This document shows positions 51,765 to 59,904 of a DNA stretch of 64,000 bases, piece after piece. The stretch spans positions 12,285 through 76,284 of the forward strand of contig JAZOAC010000071.1 in assembly GCA_045595285.1 (NCBI GenBank), given 5' to 3'. The DNA is from Kiritimatiellia bacterium. Its GTDB lineage: Bacteria; Verrucomicrobiota; Kiritimatiellia; RFP12; UBA1067. The number at the start of each line of letters is the position of its first letter. Positions within the stretch are counted from its first letter, which is position 1. Under the pieces are notes generated by a model. It saw only the letters and a list, made by a program, of their open reading frames with translations. It searched no databases and was not told the origin of the DNA. The translations under genes were made by a program, and so were the position numbers.

Positions 51765-54676
51765 ACCCACCGCCGCGACTCACTGTTATTGAGGCGTCTG
51801 CCGGCACCGGCAAGACGTTCTCTCTCGTCACGCGTCTGCTCAGGCTCATCTTCGGGGGAACGGAGCCTGAGCGCATTGTCGCACTTACGTTCTCCCGTGC
51901 GGCGGCGGGTGAGATATTCAACAGCTTCATCGAGCGTCTTTCGGATGCGGCGGCGGATGATGCCGTTGCGGCGGCAGAAAGCGACAGGGTCGCCGCCGGA
52001 AGGAGTCTGGCAAAGGGCGATTTCGCCGCAATGCTCAGGAAGGTGATCGAGCGTCAGCATCTGTCTCTGATAGGCACGCTCGACAGTTTCCTTATGAAGA
52101 TAGTCCGCATGCTGCCGCTTGAGCTTGGACTGGAAGGCGAGATTTCGGTGCTCAGCGATTTCCGTGCGCCTGTTGAACAGGGCAGGCTTCTCGATGAGAT
52201 GATGGCGCTTGAGAGCGATGATGCGAAGCTGCTCTATCGCGATGCGTTCCGCCTTGCCTTTGACGGTGACGGATCGAAGACGTTCCTTGAGGAGTTTGCG
52301 GGTTTCATTTCAGAGTGGCATCAGCGGTTCCGAGACATGCCGGAGCGCGAGGCGTGGGGTGTGGCGAAGCGGATATGGGGCGATGCCGCGCCTGACGGAC
52401 TCGATGTGTCGATAGCCGATGTCCGGGCGTTGGCGGACGGGCTCTCCGCCTCTCCTGTCGCAGCGAAGCGTGGCGCGGACACATTCATCAGGGCCGTGCG
52501 CGAGTTCAGCGGGACGGTGAAGGATGCTCCGAAGTGCATGAAGGACGAGCCTCTCGCGGCAGAGGCTGTGGCGCGGATGCACCGCTGGCGCATCGGACGG
52601 GCTCTGCGCCGGACCGAAGGCATCTTCAGGCTCATGTACACGTATGAGGCGGCGTACAGGATGAAGGTGCGTCAGCGCGGGTTGATCACGTTCGATGACG
52701 TTCCGAGGCTGATCGGAAGCCTCGGTGCGGGAGTGCGTGCCCCTTTGGAGTACCGCATGGATGCGAAACTCGATCATTGGGCGCTTGACGAGTTTCAGGA
52801 TACAAGCCGTGGCCAGTGGTCGGCGTTGAGCAGCCTTATAGAGGAGAGCAGGCAGTCCGACGGAGGCAAAAGCGTGTTCATCGTCGGCGATCGCAAGCAG
52901 GCGATATACGAATGGCGCGGCGGCGACGTGCGCATTCTGGGCGAGCAGGTCGCGATGGCGGAGGAGAAGGGTTCGCTTGTCGAGTCGCGCCGCTATCTCG
53001 GACGAATCTCGGCGGCGGTGAACCTCATTTTCGACACGAAAACTATCCGTGGTGCGTTCAACATGGATGATGTCGGCGCGGAGTCCCAGTGGGAGTGTCC
53101 GGAGCACAGGAGCTTCAATGCAGAAAGCGAAGGCTTCGTAAATGTGATCCAGGCGGCAAAGTCGGGCTCGCAGGCAAAACAGAGCGACTTCTTCGGTCCG
53201 ATCGAGGATGAACTGAAGGCGGTCAGGCCCTGGGATCGCGGAATCACGAGTGCGATCCTCGTGCGCAACAACGGATTCGGCGAGGCGATACTTGCGCATC
53301 TCAAGGCCAACGGAGTGGACAAGGTCGTATTTGAGGGTGACAGCGGAGTGATGGACTCTCCGGTGCTCGTCGCGTTCACGATGCTTCTGAAGCTTGCGGA
53401 GCATCCATGCGACGAATACGCGTATGCGTGCATCAGGCATTCGCCGATCGCCGCCGCCATGTTCCCTGACGGAATTCCGGATGCGTCTGGGCTTTCGGCA
53501 AGCTTGCTTGCGGATTTCACGCGGCTCGGAATGGTTAGAAAGTTCCGCGAGGTCCGCGAGGCGTTGAAGAAGGTCCCTGACACCTGGAACGATTTCACAG
53601 AGGCGAGATTTGCAGATCTCATCAAGTGCGCCGCAGAGTTCGAGGATCTGAGGGATGAGACCGTAAGGCTTTCGGACTTCATCGAATATCTCGCGGAGCA
53701 TAGGCGCAGGGATTTCGCCGAAGAGGGCATGGTTCGCATCATGACGATGCATCAGTCCAAGGGACTGGGGTTCGACCATGTCATCGTTCCGTTCTACGAG
53801 TTCGACGATCTCTATGGCGGGCGGCATTCGGGTCCGTTGAAAGGAAATGATCCGGACTGGATTCTCGACAATCCGTCCGCAGATACCGATGCCACCGATC
53901 CTGTGCTTGACGAGGCGGAGCGGAAACGGCGTCAGTCGCAGCTGTACGCATCGCTGTGCCTGGACTATGTTGCGCTCACGCGGGCGAAGAAGGCCCTTAC
54001 CGTCATTCTGCATCCGCAGAACGCCAAACCGCCGCCGGAACCTGTCAGGTTCAGTGACTTGGTGCGGCTTGTCGGTCTTGAAACCGGCGGGGACAGGGAA
54101 TGGTATCTCAAATGCGGACGGAAGGAACGACCTTGCAATGCCGCCGGCGGAATGCCGCCCCCTGTACGGAGGAAGCGTGAATGCGTCGCCAAGGCGCGTC
54201 CGAGCGAATCGTACATAACGGGACTTTCGGCGGACTGTCTGTTCATGGATGATTACGGTGCGGGTGCAGAATACGGCAAGGAAATGCATGCGAAGTATGA
54301 AAAGGTCTCATGGATCGCGGCTGATGACGCAGAGGATGCCTTTGACAGGGTCTTTGTGAAGCCTGAGGGCTGCATTGAGCTTTGGCGTGAACGTTCGTAT
54401 GAGCTTTTCGTGGATGGCGCATGGGAGTCCGGACAGTTTGACCGCGTCGTTTTCAGCGGTGAAGGTATGGGCCGCAAGGCCGAGATATTCGATTTCAAGA
54501 CAAACGCGAAGCGTTCTGGCGAATCCGTGGAGGACTACGAGGCGCGTATGCGCGAAACCTACCTGCCGCAGATGTCCGCATACAGAAGGGCGGTGCATCT
54601 TCTGTCAAACATCCCGGTGGAGCGCATATCGGCACATCTTCTGCTCACCCGCACTCGAACGGTTGTAGCAGTATGA
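51761..54676 (+). CDS. UvrD/AddA-type helicase with C-terminal PD-(D/E)xK nuclease domain
   Basis: VIEASAGTGKTF (Walker A), LDEFQDTS, FIVGDRKQAIYEWRG and TMHQSKGLGFDHVIV are helicase blocks. The C-terminal nuclease block is QFDRVVFS....AEIFDFKTN......YLPQMSAYRRA (D..D.K plus QxxxY). The ATGA overlaps the rsmE stop. Confidence 0.8.
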   Translation: MNPPPRLTVIEASAGTGKTFSLVTRLLRLIFGGTEPERIVALTFSRAAAGEIFNSFIERLSDAAADDAVAAAESDRVAAGRSLAKGDFAAMLRKVIERQHLSLIGTLDSFLMKIVRMLPLELGLEGEISVLSDFRAPVEQGRLLDEMMALESDDAKLLYRDAFRLAFDGDGSKTFLEEFAGFISEWHQRFRDMPEREAWGVAKRIWGDAAPDGLDVSIADVRALADGLSASPVAAKRGADTFIRAVREFSGTVKDAPKCMKDEPLAAEAVARMHRWRIGRALRRTEGIFRLMYTYEAAYRMKVRQRGLITFDDVPRLIGSLGAGVRAPLEYRMDAKLDHWALDEFQDTSRGQWSALSSLIEESRQSDGGKSVFIVGDRKQAIYEWRGGDVRILGEQVAMAEEKGSLVESRRYLGRISAAVNLIFDTKTIRGAFNMDDVGAESQWECPEHRSFNAESEGFVNVIQAAKSGSQAKQSDFFGPIEDELKAVRPWDRGITSAILVRNNGFGEAILAHLKANGVDKVVFEGDSGVMDSPVLVAFTMLLKLAEHPCDEYAYACIRHSPIAAAMFPDGIPDASGLSASLLADFTRLGMVRKFREVREALKKVPDTWNDFTEARFADLIKCAAEFEDLRDETVRLSDFIEYLAEHRRRDFAEEGMVRIMTMHQSKGLGFDHVIVPFYEFDDLYGGRHSGPLKGNDPDWILDNPSADTDATDPVLDEAERKRRQSQLYASLCLDYVALTRAKKALTVILHPQNAKPPPEPVRFSDLVRLVGLETGGDREWYLKCGRKERPCNAAGGMPPPVRRKRECVAKARPSESYITGLSADCLFMDDYGAGAEYGKEMHAKYEKVSWIAADDAEDAFDRVFVKPEGCIELWRERSYELFVDGAWESGQFDRVVFSGEGMGRKAEIFDFKTNAKRSGESVEDYEARMRETYLPQMSAYRRAVHLLSNIPVERISAHLLLTRTRTVVAV

Positions 54677-54746
54677 ATCGCCAATCTTTCGCCTGTGTCC
54701 GCTGTGTCGGGCGCAGAGGCTTCGTCCTGTCTGAAAATCCGTATTA

Positions 54747-54755
54747 TGGTATAAT
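54747..54755 (+). promoter_or_regulatory. extended -10 promoter element TGGTATAAT (leaderless)
   Basis: The context reads aTTATGGTATAAT. It lies 8 nt (CTCCGGTC) before ATG 54764. Confidence 0.55.
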
Positions 54756-54763
54756 CTCCGGTC

Positions 54764-55537
54764 ATGAACAAGTGGATTACAATATTTGCGGTGGCGCTTG
54801 CGTGCGCCGGGTGTTTTGACAACAAGGGCAAACCTGAGGATGTGCCTACGGTGATTGGACTCAATGCGCTCGTCTCAACGAACCGTGCGGGCATTGTACG
54901 CGTAATTCTGCGCGGCGACAGGGGGGCAATCACGCAGGACGCGCTTTCTGGTCTCGACTCTGTGAAGATGATAGACCTTTCCGAACGGGGAACGGCGGCG
55001 GTTCCGCCGGAGGTGCTGAAGCTGAAGGGAATCAAGGAGTTCTATTTCGCCTCAAACGGAATGGTTTCAATCCCCGACCTTTCGGTTTGGGCGGACAGTC
55101 TCGACTATCTCAATCTGGACAACAATTCCATCAGGGAGATCCCGGCCAGCGTAGGGAGTCTCAAGAGACTCAAGTGGCTGCGCCTGAACGGCAATGGCAT
55201 CAAGGCGGTGCCTTCTGCTCTCGCATCGCTCAAGAACCTCCGCCGCATCTATCTGAAGCGCAATTCATTGAGCGAGATTCCTGAGGTCATGAAGGAATGG
55301 ATTGCGCTTGAGGATGTCTCCCTCGACGGCAATCCGATCACCGTTGTTCCGGACTGGCTTGTCGCCATGCCTAGACTTCGTGCCGTATCCCTGAACGACA
55401 CTCGCGTGACGAAACTCCCCGCAGATCTTTCCGCATGGAAGGATCTAGATATGCTTTCGCTCGGTTCTTGTCCGATTTCCAGGGAGGAGATGCGGCGCAT
55501 CCGCGAGGCGCTTCCTGATGTCGCAATCGTGTTTTGA
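54764..55537 (+). CDS. leucine-rich repeat lipoprotein
   Basis: Lipobox ALACAGC. At least 7 LRR units of the type L..L.L..N.I..IP are present (for example LDYLNLDNNSIREIPASVGSLKRLKWLRLNGNGIKAVPSAL). Confidence 0.8.
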   Translation: MNKWITIFAVALACAGCFDNKGKPEDVPTVIGLNALVSTNRAGIVRVILRGDRGAITQDALSGLDSVKMIDLSERGTAAVPPEVLKLKGIKEFYFASNGMVSIPDLSVWADSLDYLNLDNNSIREIPASVGSLKRLKWLRLNGNGIKAVPSALASLKNLRRIYLKRNSLSEIPEVMKEWIALEDVSLDGNPITVVPDWLVAMPRLRAVSLNDTRVTKLPADLSAWKDLDMLSLGSCPISREEMRRIREALPDVAIVF

Positions 55538-55549
55538 TGGGTTTGTCCG

Positions 55550-56620
55550 ATGAAACGCATCGGGATATTCGGTGGCTCGTTCAATCCGATACATTCGGGA
55601 CATATCGGCGTCGCGCTGAAAGCGGCGGCGGAGTATCGTCTTGACCGTGTGCTTGTCATACCTGCGGCGTGCAACCCGTTCAAGGACGGCTGTGGCACGG
55701 ATGCCTTGCGTTGGGCGCTTGTCAAATTCGCCTGCGCCCCGTACAAGGTTCTCGAACCGTGGGATTACGAACTGCGCAAGGGCGGCAGATCGTATTCGAT
55801 AGACACTGTCAGGATGGTTAGGGAACTCAATCCCGATGCAGAGCTATTTTTCGTCATCGGGGAGGACAATGTCCCGAACATCTCGCGTTGGAAGGATGCG
55901 GAAGAGCTTTCGAGACTTGTCACCTTCATCCCGTTTGCGCGTACCCCGGAATCTTCGACGGAGATCAGGGGGCGTATCGCGGCCGGCGAGCCAATAGGGG
56001 ATATGGTGCCGCAGTCCGTGGCGGACTTTCTGGAGGCAAAGGCCGTCGTGTTCGATTTTGGTGGTGTGATATCCATGTCGCCGCGGAATGACGGTTGGCA
56101 GCTTCTAGACTTCTGCAGATCGCTGGGGCTTTCTAGGGAGGCGTTTGACCAGGGGTGGGACAGGTACCGTGCGAAATGGGATGGAGGAGAATGTTCGTTC
56201 AAGGATATGTATGACATGACGTTTGCGGATGCGGGTTTGCCGATGCCGACGCCGGAGCAGCTTGATCGTCTATGGGAACTGGATGCCGTTGGGTGGGTAA
56301 AGGTGCTTTCGGCGGATACGCTTGCGCTGATGAGGGACCTGAAGTCTGCGGGAAAGAAGATCGGGTTGCTCTCCAACATGTCAGTAGATTTCCATGAACG
56401 CCTTTTCGCCCCACGTTGTGCGGAATATCGGGCGCTTTTGGATGTTGAGGTGATTTCCGGAATGGTGCGAATGGTAAAGCCGGAGCGGACGATATATGAT
56501 CTGACAGCTTCCCGCCTTGGGGTGTCGCCGAAAGACATCCTATTTCTTGACGATACGGAAATGAACGTGCTTGCCGCCCGTAAATGTGGCTGGCGGTCTC
56601 AAGTGTACAGGGCTGAATGA
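55550..56620 (+). CDS. nadD: nicotinate-nucleotide adenylyltransferase (NadD) fused to a HAD-superfamily hydrolase
   Basis: The N-terminal IGIFGGSFNPIHSGHI and FVIGEDN...ISRWK are NadD blocks. The C-terminal VVFDFGGVIS, LLSNMS and LFLDDTEMNVLAARKCGW are HAD motifs I-III. Confidence 0.85.
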   Translation: MKRIGIFGGSFNPIHSGHIGVALKAAAEYRLDRVLVIPAACNPFKDGCGTDALRWALVKFACAPYKVLEPWDYELRKGGRSYSIDTVRMVRELNPDAELFFVIGEDNVPNISRWKDAEELSRLVTFIPFARTPESSTEIRGRIAAGEPIGDMVPQSVADFLEAKAVVFDFGGVISMSPRNDGWQLLDFCRSLGLSREAFDQGWDRYRAKWDGGECSFKDMYDMTFADAGLPMPTPEQLDRLWELDAVGWVKVLSADTLALMRDLKSAGKKIGLLSNMSVDFHERLFAPRCAEYRALLDVEVISGMVRMVKPERTIYDLTASRLGVSPKDILFLDDTEMNVLAARKCGWRSQVYRAE

Positions 56621-56668
56621 GCCCATGCTCTGTGGCGAGGCGACTGAATCCATAAGGAGAGAAAAAAG

Positions 56669-56699
56669 GCAGGCAGGCATCGTTGCGAGGCCTGCCTGC
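56669..56699. terminator. bidirectional intrinsic terminator candidate between convergent nadD-HAD and rubrerythrin
   Basis: Stem GCAGGCAGGC (56669-56678) pairs with GCCTGCCTGC (56690-56699). An 11-nt loop separates them. The stem is flanked by A6 on the left and TTCT on the right. Confidence 0.65.
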
Positions 56700-56750
56700 T
56701 TCTGCTGAGCGTAGAGCGGAGTCTGATCAAAACCGCGCGCTGCGCCCGTT

Positions 56751-57308
56751 TTACTTGAAATAGCGGTTGAGGAGTCCTTCGAATCCAGCACCGTGGCGGG
56801 CTTCGTCTTTAGCCATTTCATGGACGGTGTCATGGATTGCGTCATATCCAAGTTCTTTTGCGCGCTTGGCGATCTCGAACTTGGCGGCGCATGCACCCTG
56901 CTCCGCATCGGCGCGGAGTTCCAGATTCCTTTTCGTGGAATTGGTCACGACCTCGCCGAGAAGTTCAGCGAACTTCGCAGCATGCTCGGCCTCTTCGAAC
57001 GCATAGCGCTTGAACGCCTCGGCGATTTCCGGATAGCCTTCGCGCTCAGCCTGACGGGACATTGCGAGATACATTCCAACCTCGCAGCACTCGCCGACGA
57101 AGTGATCCTTGAGTCCTTGCGTGACTTCGGCGTCCTCGACCTTGCCGTCGCCGATCTGGTGCTGGCAGGCCCAGGTCTTCTTGCCTGCGGCAATCAGCTG
57201 TTCCTTGAACTTGTCTCCAGCGACTCCACAGACAGGGCACTTTTCCGGAGGCATGTCGCCATTATGGACGTATCCACATGCCGGGCAAACCCATTGCTTC
57301 ATTTTCAT
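56751..57308 (-). CDS. rbr: reverse rubrerythrin (N-terminal rubredoxin-like domain plus ferritin-like diiron domain)
   Basis: The N-terminal [23 protein letters not shown] is rubredoxin-like. The diiron motifs E..GE, EAEHA and E..H follow ([37 protein letters not shown]). It is the only - strand CDS in the window. Confidence 0.9.
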   Translation of the reverse strand: MKMKQWVCPACGYVHNGDMPPEKCPVCGVAGDKFKEQLIAAGKKTWACQHQIGDGKVEDAEVTQGLKDHFVGECCEVGMYLAMSRQAEREGYPEIAEAFKRYAFEEAEHAAKFAELLGEVVTNSTKRNLELRADAEQGACAAKFEIAKRAKELGYDAIHDTVHEMAKDEARHGAGFEGLLNRYFK

Positions 57309-57386
57309 GTTCCTTTCTTGATTGTTAGACCGCCGATTCTTTTTTCGGCAACCTTATGATAGATGTTTCCGTAAGCGATGCGCTGA

Positions 57387-57395
57387 ATTATATCA
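57387..57395 (-). promoter_or_regulatory. extended -10-like element TGATATAAT (minus strand) upstream of rubrerythrin
   Basis: The reverse complement of ATTATATCA is TGATATAAT. It lies about 78 nt upstream of the rbr ATG and is embedded in the near-palindrome CTGAATTATATCAG. Confidence 0.4.
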
Positions 57396-57516
57396 GAAGC
57401 CATGAATTTTGTGTGCAACAATCATCGATTCCATGTGTGGGACTGACGGACCTTTTGGATATTTCCGCGCAAAACGCACGGATAGGCGAATGATTAAAGC
57501 GTGTTTCGCAAAGAAG

Positions 57517-57592
<76 letters not shown>

Positions 57593-57610
57593 ACAGCGGA
57601 AAAGGTGAAA

Positions 57611-57686
57611 TGGTAGGAGCGCAGGGATTCGAACCCTGGACCCAGTGATTAAGAGTCACTTGCTCTACCAGCTGAGCTACGCTCCC
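57611..57686 (-). tRNA. tRNA-Lys (CTT), CCA encoded
   Basis: The reverse complement is GGGAGCGTAGCTCAGCTGGTAGAGCAAGTGACTCTTAATCACTGGGTCCAGGGTTCGAATCCCTGCGCTCCTACCA. The anticodon loop is CTCTTAA. Confidence 0.95.
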
Positions 57687-57716
57687 ATCTCACATGTCCT
57701 CCAGACTCCCAAACAA

Positions 57717-57792
57717 TGGAGCGAGCTAAGGGACTCGAACCCTCGACAACCACCTTGGCAAGGTGGCACTCTACCAACTGAGTTAAGCTCGC
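57717..57792 (-). tRNA. tRNA-Gly (GCC), CCA encoded
   Basis: The reverse complement is GCGAGCTTAACTCAGTTGGTAGAGTGCCACCTTGCCAAGGTGGTTGTCGAGGGTTCGAGTCCCTTAGCTCGCTCCA. The anticodon stem is CCACC/GGTGG and the loop is TTGCCAA. Confidence 0.95.
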
Positions 57793-57820
57793 AGACTTGG
57801 TGTCGTGAAAACAGGTGTGT

Positions 57821-57829
57821 AAGATACCA
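57821..57829 (-). promoter_or_regulatory. extended -10 element TGGTATCTT (minus strand) for the tRNA operon
   Basis: The minus strand reads GATATGGTATCTT. It lies about 28 nt upstream of the tRNA-Gly 5' end. Confidence 0.5.
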
Positions 57830-57884
57830 TATCACGGCGTTCGTTGCAAGAGGTTTTTTTGAAAAAGTTTAAAAAAGTTTTTTA

Positions 57885-57893
57885 TGGTAGAAT
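57885..57893 (+). promoter_or_regulatory. extended -10 promoter element TGGTAGAAT (leaderless)
   Basis: The context reads tTTATGGTAGAAT. It lies 8 nt (ATGGGGTC) before ATG 57902. The track start 57884 lies inside the motif. Confidence 0.5.
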
Positions 57894-57901
57894 ATGGGGT
57901 C

Positions 57902-58663
57902 ATGTTTCCAAGAAAAATAAAAGTGTGCGATGCGTTTGGAATCCCGGTGTACCTGGATTTCTCTCTCGTCATCCTTCTGCTTCTCTTTGTGATGGACTTC
58001 GGGTCGTTTATCTATGGCCTGAGTTTTGCTCTTGCGCTGGCGCTTTCGATCGTCGCCCATGAGTTGGGGCATGCATTGACCGCTCGTGCGTTCGGCTACC
58101 GTACGCGTGACATTACGCTGTCTCTTCTTGGCGGGTGCGCGTCGCTCATTTCGTTGCCGCGCAAACCGTGGCAGGAGTTCCTGACTGCGTTCATGGGACC
58201 GGCGGTGTCTTTTGCGATTTCCGGTCTTGCATGGTTCTCTCTCTATTTCCTTCCCATTTCCAATCCATGGACCGCCAATACGCTCTATTATACGATGTGG
58301 ATGAATGTGATGCTCGGCGGATTCAATCTGCTTCCTGGTTTCCCGATGGATGGTGGACGCATCTTTCGTTCCATCGCGAGCATATTCACGACGCGTGCGA
58401 AGGCCACGTATGCGGCGATGGTCGTCGGACGCGGTTTTGCGATCCTTCTTGGTCTGAGAGGTTTGCATTCGATCGTTTCCGGCGGAGGCTGGGGATTCAT
58501 TTCAATTCTGATTGCGTGGATGATCTGGCGCGAAGGATGGCGCGAGTATCAGCTTGCGCGCATGGAGGAGAGTGCGTATGGAAGCTGGAACGGCTGGAGC
58601 GCACGTGTTTCTCCGCCGCCGTATGGAGGCGATGATGATGAAGTGGAGATCAGGAAGAATTGA
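57902..58663 (+). CDS. M50 family site-2 protease-like membrane metalloprotease
   Basis: HELGHAL (HExxH) lies in TM helix 3. The downstream NLLPGFPMDGGR motif is present. The protein is polytopic. Confidence 0.85.
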   Translation: MFPRKIKVCDAFGIPVYLDFSLVILLLLFVMDFGSFIYGLSFALALALSIVAHELGHALTARAFGYRTRDITLSLLGGCASLISLPRKPWQEFLTAFMGPAVSFAISGLAWFSLYFLPISNPWTANTLYYTMWMNVMLGGFNLLPGFPMDGGRIFRSIASIFTTRAKATYAAMVVGRGFAILLGLRGLHSIVSGGGWGFISILIAWMIWREGWREYQLARMEESAYGSWNGWSARVSPPPYGGDDDEVEIRKN

Positions 58664-58670
58664 GAGTTGG

Positions 58671-58691
58671 GTTTCTGGTTTCTAGTTTCTG
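58671..58691 (+). repeat. three tandem heptamers GTTTCTG GTTTCTA GTTTCTG
   Basis: Read directly in the intergenic region between the M50 stop and the kdgK start. Confidence 0.8.
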
Positions 58692-58751
58692 GTAATGAAG
58701 TTGAGAGTTGATTTATTGCAAACGATTAAACAAACAAGAAAGGTAAATGAA

Positions 58752-59852
58752 ATGGAAAATCTGAATGTAAAGCCGGCTGGTTCGTGCATGTGGGACGCGG
58801 CGAGCCTTGGTGAGATCATGCTTCGTCTTGATCCCGGCGACGGACGCATCCACTGCACACGAGAGTTCAAAGTATGGGAAGGCGGCGGCGAATACAACGT
58901 TGTCCGCGGTCTGCGTCGCTGTTTTGGACTCAAAACGACGGCGGTTACGGCATTCGCCGACAATCCGGTGGGGCGTCTCGTCGAGGACTTCATGCTCCAA
59001 GGCGGCGTCGACACCTCTCACGTGCACTGGGCGAAGTTCGACGGCATCGGGCGCGATGTCCGTAACGGACTCAACTTCGTGGAGCGCGGCTATGGCTGCC
59101 GTGGCGCACGTTCGTGTGCGGACCGCGGTCTTACGGCCGTATCCCAGCTCAAGCCCGGCATGATCGACTGGGAACAGCTTTTCGGCAAGGAGGGCGTACG
59201 CTGGTTCCATACGGGAGGCATTTTCGCTGCGCTCTCCGAGACGACTGCCGAGGTCGCGATCGAGGCTCTCAAAGCCGCCAAGAAGTACGGCACGATCACG
59301 TCCTACGACCTCAATTACCGCGCTTCGCTCTGGAAGTCCATCGGCGGACAGTTCAAGGCCCAGGAGGTCAACCGCGAGATCGCCAAGTATGTGGACGTGA
59401 TGATTGGCAACGAGGAGGATTTCACGGCGGCGCTCGGCATTGAGGTCGAGGGCGTTGACGAGAACCTTACCACGCTTCCGATCGAAGGTTTCCGCCGCAT
59501 GATCGAGACGGCGGTCAAGCAGTATCCTAACTTCAAGGCAGTTGCGACCACGCTCCGCAGCGTGAAATCCGCAACAATCAACGACTGGAGCGCACTCTGC
59601 TGGTACAAGGGTGAACTGCACCACTCCATCGAGCGTCCTGGTCTTGAGATATATGACCGTGTAGGCGGCGGTGACTCGTTCGCGTCCGGCCTCATCTACG
59701 GCTTCATGACGTTCGATGACGCCGAGAAGGCTGTGAACTATGGTGCGGCGCACGGCGCTCTAGCGATGACAACGCCTGGCGACACCTCGATGGCCACGAA
59801 GGCCGATGTCGAGAAGCTTGTCGGCGGTGGCGGTGCACGCGTTGATCGTTAA
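58752..59852 (+). CDS. kdgK: PfkB-family sugar kinase, 2-dehydro-3-deoxygluconokinase-like
   Basis: GEIMLRLDP, GGGEYNVVRGL, the DLNYR motif and the C-terminal DRVGGGDSFASGLIYG (anion hole / DxxGAGD-like) are present. AGAAAGG lies upstream of ATG 58752. Confidence 0.8.
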   Translation: MENLNVKPAGSCMWDAASLGEIMLRLDPGDGRIHCTREFKVWEGGGEYNVVRGLRRCFGLKTTAVTAFADNPVGRLVEDFMLQGGVDTSHVHWAKFDGIGRDVRNGLNFVERGYGCRGARSCADRGLTAVSQLKPGMIDWEQLFGKEGVRWFHTGGIFAALSETTAEVAIEALKAAKKYGTITSYDLNYRASLWKSIGGQFKAQEVNREIAKYVDVMIGNEEDFTAALGIEVEGVDENLTTLPIEGFRRMIETAVKQYPNFKAVATTLRSVKSATINDWSALCWYKGELHHSIERPGLEIYDRVGGGDSFASGLIYGFMTFDDAEKAVNYGAAHGALAMTTPGDTSMATKADVEKLVGGGGARVDR

Positions 59853-59904
59853 TGCCCGGACTGCACTTGGATTGTCGAACGGGATATTTTCAGGAGCATA
59901 GCAT

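Noticed and set aside
57645-57872. 75-aa + strand ORF
   Set aside because: It overlaps the tRNA-Lys and tRNA-Gly genes on the opposite strand, so it is an artefact of tRNA sequence.
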